This document shows positions 52,573 through 62,563 of a DNA stretch of 64,000 nucleotides, piece by piece (within the stretch, counting starts at the first letter, position 1; each line of letters opens with the position of its first letter). Position numbers and translations under genes: made by a program. The notes beneath the pieces were generated by a model, which made no database searches, had not been told where the DNA came from, and was given only the letters and a program-made list of their open reading frames with translations. The stretch comes from Clostridia bacterium (GTDB taxonomy: Bacteria > Bacillota > Clostridia > Oscillospirales > SIG627). Location: contig JAFQMA010000045.1 of assembly GCA_017414535.1 (NCBI GenBank), forward strand, positions 3,054 through 67,053, read 5' to 3'.

Positions 52573-53700
52573 ATGAATAGCAAGCGTATCTTTCTTTCCA
52601 CTCCCACCATGCACGGGGAGGAAATGGGCTACATTAAAGAAGCTTTTGAAAAAAACTGGATCGCACCTCTTGGCTTTAATTGCGACGGCTTTGAGCAGGA
52701 GCTGGCCGCGTATCTTTCGGGAGAGGGCGATCCTCTTTATGCCCTGTCCCTGTCCTCCGGCACGGCGGCTCTTCACTTGGGTGTCAAGCTGGCGGGCGTA
52801 AAAAGGGGAGAGAAGGTGCTCTGCTCCGACATGACCTTCTCCGCCACCGTCAATCCCGTCACCTACGAGGGCGGCATCCCCGTCTTTATCGATGCCGAGC
52901 GGGACAGCTGGAACATGGATCCCGAAGCGCTGGAGGAGGCCTTCCGCAAGCATCCCGAGGCACGGGTGGTCATGCTGGCCCATCTCTACGGCACTCCTGC
53001 CAAAATGGACGAGCTTCTTGACGTGTGTCGCCGCCATAACGCCGTTCTGATCGAGGATGCGGCCGAGGCTCTTTCCGCTGCTTATCACGGACAAAAATGC
53101 GGCACCTTCGGTGACTATAATGCCATCAGCTTCAACGGCAATAAGATCATTACCACCTCCGGCGGAGGCATGCTTCTCACCGTCTCCAAGGAGGCTCGCG
53201 ATAAGGCCTTCTTTTGGGCCACCCAGTCCCGCGATCCCGCCCCTTGGTATCAGCACAGCGAGATCGGCTATAACTACCGTATGTCCAACGTCCTTGCGGG
53301 CATCGGCAGGGGACAGCTTCTGCATCTGGAGGAGCACCGTGACAGAAAAGAGGCCATCTATCGCCGCTATGAAAAAGCCTTTGCCGATCTTCCCGTTGCC
53401 ATGAACCCCGTCCTGCCCGATACCCGTGCCAATTTCTGGCTCTCGTGTCTGCTCATCGACGAAGGCGCGGGGGATCCCATGGCGCTCATGGAAAAGCTTG
53501 CCGCCGAGAATATTGAGGCACGCCCCATCTGGAAGCCCATGCACATGCAGCCCGTCTTTGCCCATTGCGATTTTGTCAGCACAGCCCCCGCTCCCGTCAA
53601 CGAGGATATCTTCCGCCGCGGCCTGTGCCTTCCCAGCGATATTAAAATGACCCCCGAGGAGCAGGATCGCGTCATCGATCTGATCCGTTCCTCCTTTTAA
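52573..53700 (+). CDS. DegT/DnrJ/EryC1/StrS-family PLP sugar aminotransferase (WcfR/PglE/EpsN-like)
   Basis: AAGGAG RBS. FLSTPTMHGEEMGYIKEAFEKNWIAPLG N-terminus. The PLP-lysine context is SFNGNKIITTSGGGML. Confidence 0.9.
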   Translation: MNSKRIFLSTPTMHGEEMGYIKEAFEKNWIAPLGFNCDGFEQELAAYLSGEGDPLYALSLSSGTAALHLGVKLAGVKRGEKVLCSDMTFSATVNPVTYEGGIPVFIDAERDSWNMDPEALEEAFRKHPEARVVMLAHLYGTPAKMDELLDVCRRHNAVLIEDAAEALSAAYHGQKCGTFGDYNAISFNGNKIITTSGGGMLLTVSKEARDKAFFWATQSRDPAPWYQHSEIGYNYRMSNVLAGIGRGQLLHLEEHRDRKEAIYRRYEKAFADLPVAMNPVLPDTRANFWLSCLLIDEGAGDPMALMEKLAAENIEARPIWKPMHMQPVFAHCDFVSTAPAPVNEDIFRRGLCLPSDIKMTPEEQDRVIDLIRSSF

Positions 53701-53709
53701 GGAGCCCTT

Positions 53710-54381
53710 ATGTACCGAAGGTTTGCAAAACGTATTCTTGACTTTTTGATCGCCCTTTGCGCACTGACCGTCCTGTCTCCCATCCTTTTGATCCTGACCG
53801 TGACGGGCGCCGTCGCCATGGGGGGCAATCCCTTCTTCACTCAGCTCCGCCCCGGCAGGATCGATCGTAAAACGGGAGAAGAAAAAATTTTCCGTATGAT
53901 CAAATTCAGAACGATGTCCAACAAGAAAGATGAGAACGGAAAGCTTTTGCCCGACATGAAGCGTCTTACGAAATACGGGAGATTTCTTCGTTCCTCCTCT
54001 CTTGACGAGCTTCCCGAGCTGATCAATATCCTGAAGGGAGATATGTCCATCGTCGGTCCGAGACCGCTTTTGGTCAAATATCTACCTCTGTATTCGGAGC
54101 GACAGCGACATCGTCACGATGTCAGACCCGGCCTGACGGGTCTTGCTCAAGCTCACGGAAGAAACAACAACACATGGGACGAGATTTTCCTTATGGATCT
54201 TTCTTACGTGGAGAATATTACCTTTTGCACCGACTTGAGGATTATATTTGATACCGTGCTTGCCGTGCTGAGAAAAAAGGATATTGATTCGGGTGAAACC
54301 GAAGAATATACGAGACGGGAGTTTACGGGTTCGGAGAGTGTAACGGATGAAAACACCCTATTTTCTGATCAACGAAGCTGA
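53710..54381 (+). CDS. Small monotopic phosphoglycosyl transferase (PglC/WcfS/EpsL-like)
   Basis: KRILDFLIALCALTVLSPILL re-entrant helix, ...KFRTM..., and DELPELINILKGDMSIVGPRPLL. Confidence 0.85.
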   Translation: MYRRFAKRILDFLIALCALTVLSPILLILTVTGAVAMGGNPFFTQLRPGRIDRKTGEEKIFRMIKFRTMSNKKDENGKLLPDMKRLTKYGRFLRSSSLDELPELINILKGDMSIVGPRPLLVKYLPLYSERQRHRHDVRPGLTGLAQAHGRNNNTWDEIFLMDLSYVENITFCTDLRIIFDTVLAVLRKKDIDSGETEEYTRREFTGSESVTDENTLFSDQRS

Positions 54382-55531
54382 GATAAACAAAAACGTTAAC
54401 GAGTTCAAGGCTGCCTTGAAGAAATACTGGAGCAATTCTGTGCTTGCTTATTCCGTAAAAACCAATTCGTTGCCTTGGATACTGGAATACATGAACAAAA
54501 GCGCGGTGTTTGCCGAGGTAGTTTCCGACGAGGAATACCAACTGGCAATCAAATGCGGCTTCTCGGACGATAGGATCGTGTTCAACGGCCCTATTAAGGG
54601 AGAGGAGTATTTTCTTCGCGCGATCGAGAAGCGTGCCGTCGTTAATATCGATTCGGAAAAGGAGCTTGAATGTTTAAGCAAGAATGAAAAAGTGAAGCTG
54701 TCTGAGATCGGTATCCGTCTCAACGTGGATATCGGCGTTTTCCCCGAAGGTGACGTTGACTACCGTGAGGATGGCTTCCGCTTTGGCTTTAGCCACGAAG
54801 CCTGTGGCTTGAAGCGCGCCTTGGACCGTATTCGTCAAATCAACGAAAACTGCAGGATCGGTCTTCATCTCCATTGCAACAGCATAACGAGAAGTCTTGA
54901 CGTTTATCGCAGTATCTCAAAATACACCGCCATGATCGTGGAGACCTACGGCTTAACACCTTCTTATATCGACGTGGGCGGAGGCTTTTTCGGCGGTGTG
55001 GCGGGCAAGCCCACGGCGGAGGAATATATTTCCGTCATCGCTCAAGAGCTTTCGCGGGTCGTTGATCCGAAGGAAACAAGGCTGATCATTGAGCCCGGCT
55101 CCGCTATGATAGGCTCTGCCGTAGATCTGCATTCCTCGGTGCTTGACGTGAAAAGCAATAACCGTTCCCGCATCATTACTACGGATGCCAGCAGGATCCT
55201 CATCGATCCTCTTTGGAAAAAGTCCCGTTACTTTTATTCAGTGAATGGCGATCCCGACGGTGCTGTTGAGGAAAAGCAGATCGTTTGCGGCTATACCTGC
55301 ATGGATTTTGACCGCATCATGGTCTTGAAGGATCAAAGGGCGTTGTCTGTAGGCGACAAGATCGTCTATCACAAGGTTGGCGCCTATACCATGACCTTTG
55401 GCGGGCCCTTCATCCGTTATTATCCCGCAGTTTACGTAAAAAGCGGTACCGAGATCAAAAAGGTACGGCAAAGAATGTCGGTTGACAGTTATTATTCCAT
55501 TCATAAAACGGAGGAAGAAAATGAGCATTGA
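54347..55531 (+). CDS. Fold-type III PLP-dependent decarboxylase (Orn/DAP/Arg decarboxylase family)
   Basis: TPYFLINEAEINKNV..., YSVKTN (PLP-Lys), VVSDEEYQLAIKCGF..IVFNGP.K, NIDSEKELE, and a C-terminal CGYTCMDFD. The start overlaps the upstream gene by 35 nt. Confidence 0.8.
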   Translation: MKTPYFLINEAEINKNVNEFKAALKKYWSNSVLAYSVKTNSLPWILEYMNKSAVFAEVVSDEEYQLAIKCGFSDDRIVFNGPIKGEEYFLRAIEKRAVVNIDSEKELECLSKNEKVKLSEIGIRLNVDIGVFPEGDVDYREDGFRFGFSHEACGLKRALDRIRQINENCRIGLHLHCNSITRSLDVYRSISKYTAMIVETYGLTPSYIDVGGGFFGGVAGKPTAEEYISVIAQELSRVVDPKETRLIIEPGSAMIGSAVDLHSSVLDVKSNNRSRIITTDASRILIDPLWKKSRYFYSVNGDPDGAVEEKQIVCGYTCMDFDRIMVLKDQRALSVGDKIVYHKVGAYTMTFGGPFIRYYPAVYVKSGTEIKKVRQRMSVDSYYSIHKTEEENEH

Positions 55532-56549
55532 AAAGGTATTGGTTCTCGGAGCAACAGGAAATCTCGGTGCTTACAGTGCCATTGCATTGAAGAAGGCCGG
55601 TTTTGAGGTTATTGCTGCGGGAAAAAGAGATTCCGATAACGGCTTTTTTGCGGATCACGGTATTTCTTATTATTCATTGGATATTACTGAGAAAGAGACC
55701 TTTGACGCATTAAGGGGGAAGGGAATTACTTCTGTGGTGGATCTTGCCGGTGAGCTTCCGTCAAGATGTGCCTTTAATCCTCAAGCACTGATTCGCACCA
55801 TTACGGAGTCAACGCTCAACGTTCTTGAATTTATGCGCGAAGAGGGCGTGAAAAAGATCGTTTTTCCAACGACCCCCTACGATCTGGCTCAATTCCACGA
55901 GACGGGTCTGCCGATTGATCCCGATGCTACGCGTTCCTTTCCTGCCACGGGAGATCACAGCGTTTATGCCATTGCAAAAAATGCCGCAGTGGATCTGATC
56001 GAGCATTACCATCATGAATTTGGCATTTCAAGATTTATTTTAAGGTTTTTTACGATCTATCAGTATCATCCGAATGCGTATCACTATACGGACGGCAAAA
56101 TGAGAATGATGCCTTACCGCATGCTTATGGATAGAGCGATGAAATCAGAAAAGATCAGCGTGTACGGCAATCCTGCCCGCGTAAAAGAGATGGTTTACAT
56201 CAAGGATTTCACCAAGGTTATCGTGAATGCGGTAAAGTCGGACAGAGAGGGAGGCTTGTACAACGTCGGCTCTCCCGAACGGGTTTCGCTAGATCAGATG
56301 ATAAAAGGAATCGTGGAGGTCTTTTCTCCCGAACATAAAAAATCCGAAATTTCCTACGATCCCTCCAAGCCCGATACCTTACAAACGATGCTGGATTGGT
56401 CGAAAACCAAAGACGAGCTGGGGTACGAGCCGGAATATCATTACCTTAAAATGCTTGCGGATTTCAAGAAAGAAATGGAAACGGAGCCCTTTGCCAAGCT
56501 GTGGGGCACCCGTGAATACTATGAAGAGCTATATAGGGACAAGGTTTAA
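55521..56549 (+). CDS. NAD-dependent epimerase/dehydratase-family (extended SDR) protein
   Basis: ATG 55521 follows GGAGGAAG. The Rossmann motif is VLVLGATGNLGAY and the catalytic motif is SVYAIAK (YxxxK). Confidence 0.85.
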   Translation: MSIEKVLVLGATGNLGAYSAIALKKAGFEVIAAGKRDSDNGFFADHGISYYSLDITEKETFDALRGKGITSVVDLAGELPSRCAFNPQALIRTITESTLNVLEFMREEGVKKIVFPTTPYDLAQFHETGLPIDPDATRSFPATGDHSVYAIAKNAAVDLIEHYHHEFGISRFILRFFTIYQYHPNAYHYTDGKMRMMPYRMLMDRAMKSEKISVYGNPARVKEMVYIKDFTKVIVNAVKSDREGGLYNVGSPERVSLDQMIKGIVEVFSPEHKKSEISYDPSKPDTLQTMLDWSKTKDELGYEPEYHYLKMLADFKKEMETEPFAKLWGTREYYEELYRDKV

Positions 56550-56567
56550 TTCATCGGAGGATGTTGA

Positions 56568-57530
56568 ATGAATATACTGTTTTGCAGTGCGGGAAGACGG
56601 GCACAACTGCTGAAAAACTTCAGACGATCCATGGGAAATGAGGGAAAGATCGTTGCGACGGACCTTTCTCCCTATGCTCCCGCTCTGTATTTTGCAGATC
56701 GCCATTATTTGGTTCCCAGAATTGACGATCCGACTTACGTTGACGTTATTTTAAATATCTGCAAGGAAGAAGAAATCGACGCAATCACGACAGTGATCGA
56801 TCCGGAAATTGAGATACTATCCGAAAATCGCTCAAGATTTGAGGCGCTCGGTATCACGGTCCTTGCCCCGTACGATTCCTCCGCACGGCTTTGCTTTGAT
56901 AAGTTCGCCCTATACGAGCATTTGACAAGCTGTGGGATCCCTACGGTTCTGACCTTCGGAGATATGGATACCTTCCTTGAGGCTTACCGTGAGAAGAAAA
57001 TCGACTTTCCCGTGTTTGTCAAACCGAGAAACGGAAGCGGAAGCGTCGGTGCAAGAAGGGTCGGAGGCATGTCCGAGCTTGCGGCTGCAATGGAAGCGGA
57101 TCCGACGCTGATCATTCAGGAATACATGCAAGGACAGGATCTTGATGCAGACGTTTATATCGATACGGTATCCAAAAGGGTTGTATCTGCCTTTACGAAG
57201 AGAAAACTGTCCACCACCATCGGCGGTGCCAATAAAACCGTATCCTTTAAGGATCCAAAGCTTTTCGATCTGATCTCGGAAGCGCTGACACACTTTCAGT
57301 TCAACGGCCCGATCGATATCGACTTTTTCGAAAAGGACGGAGCCTATTATCTTTCTGAGATCAATCCTCGCTTCGGCGGAGCGTATCTGCATGCGTACGG
57401 AGCAGGCGTTGATTTTGTAAAGCTGATCGAGAATAACGTCAAGGGGATCGCCAACGAGCCGAGCATCGGCAACTACGAGGAAAAGGTCGTTATGATGATG
57501 TATGACGATGTGGTCATCATCAAGGAATAG
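56568..57530 (+). CDS. ATP-grasp ligase (carbamoyl-phosphate-synthase-L-like fold)
   Basis: MNILFCSAGRRAQLLKNFR... N-terminus, ...DKFALYEHL...PVFVKPRNGSGSVG...IIQEYM.GQDLDADVY...EINPRFGG, which is typical of polysaccharide-locus ATP-grasp enzymes. Confidence 0.8.
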   Translation: MNILFCSAGRRAQLLKNFRRSMGNEGKIVATDLSPYAPALYFADRHYLVPRIDDPTYVDVILNICKEEEIDAITTVIDPEIEILSENRSRFEALGITVLAPYDSSARLCFDKFALYEHLTSCGIPTVLTFGDMDTFLEAYREKKIDFPVFVKPRNGSGSVGARRVGGMSELAAAMEADPTLIIQEYMQGQDLDADVYIDTVSKRVVSAFTKRKLSTTIGGANKTVSFKDPKLFDLISEALTHFQFNGPIDIDFFEKDGAYYLSEINPRFGGAYLHAYGAGVDFVKLIENNVKGIANEPSIGNYEEKVVMMMYDDVVIIKE

Positions 57531-57560
57531 GCCTCCCCTTGAAAATAAAAAAAGGAAGTG

Positions 57561-58769
57561 ATGAGGATCAATATTCTGTTTTTGTCTCTTTTGGATTTCA
57601 ATTCCTTGGAGGAGCACAATATTTATACGGATCTGTTACGGATCTTCCGAAAAAACGGAGACTCGCTCTATATCGTTTCCCCTGTGGAAAGACGAAAAAA
57701 ACAGTCCACTCGCCTCATAAAGAGTGAAAATACGTCTATTTTAAAGCTCCGTTGCGGCAACATCCAAAAAACGAACCTCATTGAGAAGGGAATCTCCACG
57801 TTAACGGTGGAGCAGATCGTAAAAAACGGGATCAAAAAGTATTTTTTTGATGTAAAATTCGATCTGGTACTGTACACCACCCCGCCCATTACCTTTGCAG
57901 GGGTGATCTCCTATATCAAAAAGAGGGACGGTGCGAAAAGCTACCTGCTCTTAAAGGATATTTTCCCCCAAAACGCCGTGGATATCGGTATGATGTCAAA
58001 AAGCGGTCCCAAGGGCCTGCTCTACCGCTATTTCCGCCGTAAGGAGAAAAAGCTTTACGCCCTTTCCGATTTTATCGGCTGTATGTCTCAGGCCAATGTG
58101 GACTTTGTTTTGCGCCATAATCCCGAGCTTTCACCGGAAAAGGTACACGTCAGCCCCAACAGCATGGAGCTTCGCTCCTTTGAGGCAGGGGAGAGGGAGG
58201 CCATTCGCGAGAAATACGGCATCCCCCAAAGCGTCACCGCCTTCATTTACGGCGGTAATCTCGGAAAGCCTCAGGGCATCTCCCATTTGGTGGCCTGCCT
58301 TCGCGCCATGAAGGATCGAAAGGACGTGTTCTTCGCCGTTTGCGGCACGGGTACCCATTTTTCCTTGCTGAAGGAGTTTGCGGAACAGGAACAGCCTGCC
58401 AATCTCCTTTTGCTGAACGGCCTGCCCAAGGAGGAGTACGAAGCCTTTGTCAAGGCCTTTGACGTAGGCCTGATCTTCTTGGATCACCGCTTTACCATTC
58501 CCAATTTCCCCAGCCGCTTGCTTTCTTATATGCAGGCAAAAATGCCTGTCATCGCCTGTACCGATCCCAATACGGATATCGGTCGCGTCATCGAGGCGGG
58601 GGGCTTCGGCTGGTGGTGCGAAAGCAATGACCCCGCTCGGTTTACCGCTTGCGTGGATAAGGCTCTTGCCGCTCCTCTTGCCGAGCTCGGCGAAAAGGGC
58701 TATGAATACTTAAAAGAAAACTATACGGTAGAGCAAAGCTACCGCATCATTATGGAGAGATTGAGTTGA
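57561..58769 (+). CDS. Family 4 glycosyltransferase (WbuB-like)
   Basis: INILFLSLLDFNSLEEHNIYTDLLRIF..NGDSLYIVSPVERR...IEKGISTL is a WbuB-type N-terminus. There is a GT-B C-terminal domain. Confidence 0.8.
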   Translation: MRINILFLSLLDFNSLEEHNIYTDLLRIFRKNGDSLYIVSPVERRKKQSTRLIKSENTSILKLRCGNIQKTNLIEKGISTLTVEQIVKNGIKKYFFDVKFDLVLYTTPPITFAGVISYIKKRDGAKSYLLLKDIFPQNAVDIGMMSKSGPKGLLYRYFRRKEKKLYALSDFIGCMSQANVDFVLRHNPELSPEKVHVSPNSMELRSFEAGEREAIREKYGIPQSVTAFIYGGNLGKPQGISHLVACLRAMKDRKDVFFAVCGTGTHFSLLKEFAEQEQPANLLLLNGLPKEEYEAFVKAFDVGLIFLDHRFTIPNFPSRLLSYMQAKMPVIACTDPNTDIGRVIEAGGFGWWCESNDPARFTACVDKALAAPLAELGEKGYEYLKENYTVEQSYRIIMERLS

Positions 58770-59986
58770 AAAACGTGGAGAAGGTATTGTTTCTTGGGGG
58801 GCTTTTTCCTAAGGAAACAGAAAAAGAGATTGTGGATCATTCCATAGGCAGCGTGCAAAACGCCGCCAACGTTCTTCAATGGAATCTGGTGCGCGGCTTA
58901 GATGAAAATCTGCCCGTTCCCGTAAAGATCTTAAACTCTCTTTACATAGGCTCTTGGCCGCAGCGCTACAAAAAGGCGGTGATACCGTCTTACGAGTTTT
59001 CTCACGCGCCCGGTGCCAAGGATCGAAACGTGGGCTTCTGGAATATTACCTTTTTTAAGCAGCTTTTTCGGTCCTCCACGCTCTCCCGTGCCGTCAAGCG
59101 GGAGTTGGCCGCAGAGCCGAATCAGAGCAGTGCCGTCATCGCTTATGCCATGACCCGCCCCATGCTCCGCGCCCTGCGCGCCGCCAAACGGTGCGATCCC
59201 CGCGTGACCACCTGCCTTGTGATTCCCGATCTTCCTGAGTTTATGAATGCGGGGACCAAGCGCTCTGTTTTGGAGCGATTTCTGAAAGCACGCGACATGA
59301 AGACCCAGCGAAGGGATCTGGCCTTCGTGGACTGTCTCGTAGTACTTACCGAGCCCATGATGGAAAAGCTCCCCGCCAAGCCATACGTTGTGATGGAGGG
59401 CATTGCAGGTGCTGTGCCTGCGGATGAAGTGCTCCCTCGCCGCGAAAAGACCGTGGTCTATACGGGCGGACTGAACGCCTCGTACGGTGTGGTGGATCTG
59501 GTGGAGGCCTTCCGTGCCATTCCCGATCCCGATTATCGCCTGATTCTTTGCGGAGCAGGCGATGCGGTGGACACCATTCGCCGCGCCGCCGAAGAGGATC
59601 CGCGTATCGATTTCCGTGGCCTCGTTCCTCACGGGGAGATCCGCGCCATCCAGCAAAGCGCTGCCGTGCTGGTGAATCCACGTACCCCTGCAGGTGAATT
59701 TACCCGCTACAGCTTTCCCTCCAAAAATCTGGAGTATATGGCCAGCGGCACGCCCACCGTTGCTCACCGTCTCCCCGGCATTCCGTCGGAATACGAGGGG
59801 CATCTCGTCTTTATTCCCGAGCCCACCGTGGCTTCTCTGAAGGAGACCATTATGAAGGTATGCTCTCTTTCTCCCGAGGAAAGCCTCCTTTTGGGCGAAA
59901 GGGCAAAGACCTTTGTTTCCCGCGAAAAAAATGCCGCCCGTCAGGCACAAAAAATCTTGGACCTGATGCGGAGCGTTTCACAATAA
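58766..59986 (+). CDS. GT-B fold glycosyltransferase (GT4/GT1 family)
   Basis: The TTG start overlaps the upstream stop. The C-terminal motif is VLVNPR....FTRYSFPSKNLEYMASGTPTV (E-x7-E-like). Confidence 0.8.
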   Translation: MKNVEKVLFLGGLFPKETEKEIVDHSIGSVQNAANVLQWNLVRGLDENLPVPVKILNSLYIGSWPQRYKKAVIPSYEFSHAPGAKDRNVGFWNITFFKQLFRSSTLSRAVKRELAAEPNQSSAVIAYAMTRPMLRALRAAKRCDPRVTTCLVIPDLPEFMNAGTKRSVLERFLKARDMKTQRRDLAFVDCLVVLTEPMMEKLPAKPYVVMEGIAGAVPADEVLPRREKTVVYTGGLNASYGVVDLVEAFRAIPDPDYRLILCGAGDAVDTIRRAAEEDPRIDFRGLVPHGEIRAIQQSAAVLVNPRTPAGEFTRYSFPSKNLEYMASGTPTVAHRLPGIPSEYEGHLVFIPEPTVASLKETIMKVCSLSPEESLLLGERAKTFVSREKNAARQAQKILDLMRSVSQ

Positions 59987-60046
59987 ATTGCATACCGTTT
60001 TTCCGCCTGCCAAAGCGGATCTTCGGTGATAGGAAAGGATCCTTTC

Positions 60047-61354
60047 ATGTCCCAATTCAAACCCAAATCCGGCATTGAAAGGGAAACGCGCTTTAAGTTC
60101 GTTGACCTTCTCTTTTTGATCTGCCTTCTTTGGTTCGATCTCGGTGTCGTCGGTGCCGTTTCCTTTTATCGTGCCGCGGCTAACGTGGTGTTGTTTGCCA
60201 TTGCCGCCTTTCTTGCTTGCAGCACCGATCATAAGATCCTTCCGAGGCTTTCCTCTGTCGGCTTTTTCTGGGGGGTGGCCTATTTATTGATGATCACCTT
60301 GCCCAGCTTCTTCTCGGGCCGTGGGCTCAGTCTGGACTTTTGGAATACGCTCTACGCGTTAATGATCCTGTTTGCCTTTCTGTACTTTAGCAATCGTACC
60401 CGCTTCGTACAAAAGATCGTTTTCTGGGTCATCCTCCTGGATCAGATCCTCATCAATATCCGTTCGTACTTTTTGATGCTGGAGCAGCCGAATCTGGCTC
60501 GCTATCTGGCTACGGGAAAGATCGGTGAATTTGTGAATGCGGGGGAACTGGACACCTTCCTTCTGTGCTCCTTCGATCACGTGTACGCGCTGGTGTTGAT
60601 CCTACCCTTTTTGATCCTTTACTGGAAGGACGCCAAGGAAAACGGCTTGAAGAGTCAAAAACAGATTCCCTTTATCGTTTTAACGGTCGTGTATTTCATT
60701 AGCTCCGTTTTCGTGGTTGCGGCGGCCTCTTTTACGACGGCTATTTTGTTTATGGTCTTCTTTCTGATCTGCGCACTGTTTTCCTCCAAGACCAATGCGG
60801 TCGCAACGTCGTTGACCACGATAGTCTTTGCCGTATTGCTTTTAGTTTTTGCCGTTCCCGTGCTGGAATTTATTTCGGAAAATTTCTTTGCGGATAATTT
60901 TGAGGTACAGGCCCGTTTGACCGAGCTTGCCCGTCTCTTCGGCGGTGACGACCGCGGCATGAGCGGTGATTTCGGTAGCCGCATGGCAAGACTTACCCAA
61001 AGCTGGGAGGCCTTTGCTGAAAACCCCTTCTTCGGTATATTTGAAGGGGAATACGATGAGATCGAGGACGTGATCGGTAATCACTCCGAATGGGTGGATG
61101 GCCTTGCCAAATACGGCGTGTTCCGCTTTGCTACTTTCGTGACCTTCCTCGTTACCTCCCTGCGAGGTGTGTACCGCACCCGTCGCACTCCCTCAGCGAT
61201 CTTTTTGATCTACCTTCTTTTGATCGTCCTCGGCTTCCTCAATCCCATTTTGTGGCAAAAGACCTATCTTGCCCTCTTTATCCTGATTCCGCTGATGCTC
61301 CCACCCCGAATAAGCAGTGAAGAGGAGGCCGCCCTTGAAGATCCTGCACGTTAA
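60047..61354 (+). CDS. wzy: Wzy-type O-antigen/EPS polymerase (O-antigen ligase-like membrane protein)
   Basis: ATG 60047 follows AGGAAAGGA. There are about 10-12 helices and a large late loop containing ...GNHSEWVDGLAKYGVFRF... Confidence 0.7.
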   Translation: MSQFKPKSGIERETRFKFVDLLFLICLLWFDLGVVGAVSFYRAAANVVLFAIAAFLACSTDHKILPRLSSVGFFWGVAYLLMITLPSFFSGRGLSLDFWNTLYALMILFAFLYFSNRTRFVQKIVFWVILLDQILINIRSYFLMLEQPNLARYLATGKIGEFVNAGELDTFLLCSFDHVYALVLILPFLILYWKDAKENGLKSQKQIPFIVLTVVYFISSVFVVAAASFTTAILFMVFFLICALFSSKTNAVATSLTTIVFAVLLLVFAVPVLEFISENFFADNFEVQARLTELARLFGGDDRGMSGDFGSRMARLTQSWEAFAENPFFGIFEGEYDEIEDVIGNHSEWVDGLAKYGVFRFATFVTFLVTSLRGVYRTRRTPSAIFLIYLLLIVLGFLNPILWQKTYLALFILIPLMLPPRISSEEEAALEDPAR

Positions 61355-62561
61355 CTGCCTTGATACGGGCAGTACGGGAAAGATCATTTCCTCCATATCT
61401 CGCTTCATGGCATTGGAAAAGCATGAAAGCGTGCTTTGTGCCGCTACCTGCCTTGGCGAGGAAAAAAGCTTTCTCAAGTGTTATCGAACCAGCCTTCCCA
61501 AGGAACAGGGCATTTACCGCCGTATCAGCTTCCTTTTGGGCTTGCGCTATGGCTTCGCACCTTTTTCCACGCGACGCATTCTTCGCATCATAAAAAACGA
61601 AAGACCCGACGTGGTCCATCTTCATTCCATAAACTGCAACATGGTGAATATTTACGCGCTTCTTCGTTTTTTGAAGCACAGAAGCATTCCCACCGTTGTG
61701 ACGAATCATGCGGAATTTCTTTATACGGGCTCCTGCTCCCACGCCGGTGAATGTACCGGATTTTTGGCAAACTGCGGCAACTGCCCTCACTTGTTCGAAG
61801 CCGCGGAGTCCAAACTCTTTGACCGCACCGCCACCGCCCATGAGAAAATGAAGATCGCCTTTGACGGCTTTGACCGTCTTGCCATCGTTTCCGTTTCTCC
61901 TTGGGTGAAGGAGCGAGCATCGGCTTCTTCCATCATGAAGTCTCTTTCCCACCGCGTGATACTCAATGGCGTGGATACGGACGTGTTTTGCCCCCGAAGC
62001 GCAAAATACTCGGACGAGCACTACGGCATCCCCGCAGGGGCTAAGGTGGTCTTTCACGCAACGGCAAGCTTTACCGATCGCAAGGGAGATCCCAAGGGGG
62101 GAGAGCACGTGCTGGCAATGGCACGGCGCTTTGCCTCGCAAAACGTCGTTTTCCTTGTGGCAGGACGGCACAGCATTTCCAATGAATTGCCGAAAAACGT
62201 GCGATTGCTTGGTGAGATTCGCGATCAGGAGGAGCTGGCGGGCTTATATAGCCGTGCCGATCTGACGCTTGTCACAAGCTTTAGGGAAACCTTTTCCATG
62301 CCCGTGGCAGAGAGCCTTTGTTGCGGAACGCCCGTGGTGGGTTTTTGCGCAGGCGGACCCGAAAGCATTGCCCTTTCTGCTTTTTCGGCCTTCTGTCCCT
62401 TCGGTGACGAAGAGGCATTGTACGGGCTGACGGAGTCTTGGCTTCCTTTTAAAAGTACGGATCGCGCCGGGAGTATTGTCTCTGCTGCCGTAGAGTACTA
62501 TTCCTCCGAACGCATGGCGAAGGAGTATTACGAGCTTTATCAAAGCCTGAAAAAGGAATAA
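61335..62561 (+). CDS. GT-B fold glycosyltransferase (GT4 family)
   Basis: TTG 61335 sits 7 nt after GAGGAGG and is preferred over GTG 61317. KILHVNCLDTGSTGKI N-terminus. ...LVTSFRETFSMPVAESLCCGTPVVG is a GT4 motif. Confidence 0.75.
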   Translation: MKILHVNCLDTGSTGKIISSISRFMALEKHESVLCAATCLGEEKSFLKCYRTSLPKEQGIYRRISFLLGLRYGFAPFSTRRILRIIKNERPDVVHLHSINCNMVNIYALLRFLKHRSIPTVVTNHAEFLYTGSCSHAGECTGFLANCGNCPHLFEAAESKLFDRTATAHEKMKIAFDGFDRLAIVSVSPWVKERASASSIMKSLSHRVILNGVDTDVFCPRSAKYSDEHYGIPAGAKVVFHATASFTDRKGDPKGGEHVLAMARRFASQNVVFLVAGRHSISNELPKNVRLLGEIRDQEELAGLYSRADLTLVTSFRETFSMPVAESLCCGTPVVGFCAGGPESIALSAFSAFCPFGDEEALYGLTESWLPFKSTDRAGSIVSAAVEYYSSERMAKEYYELYQSLKKE

Positions 62562-62563
62562 AC

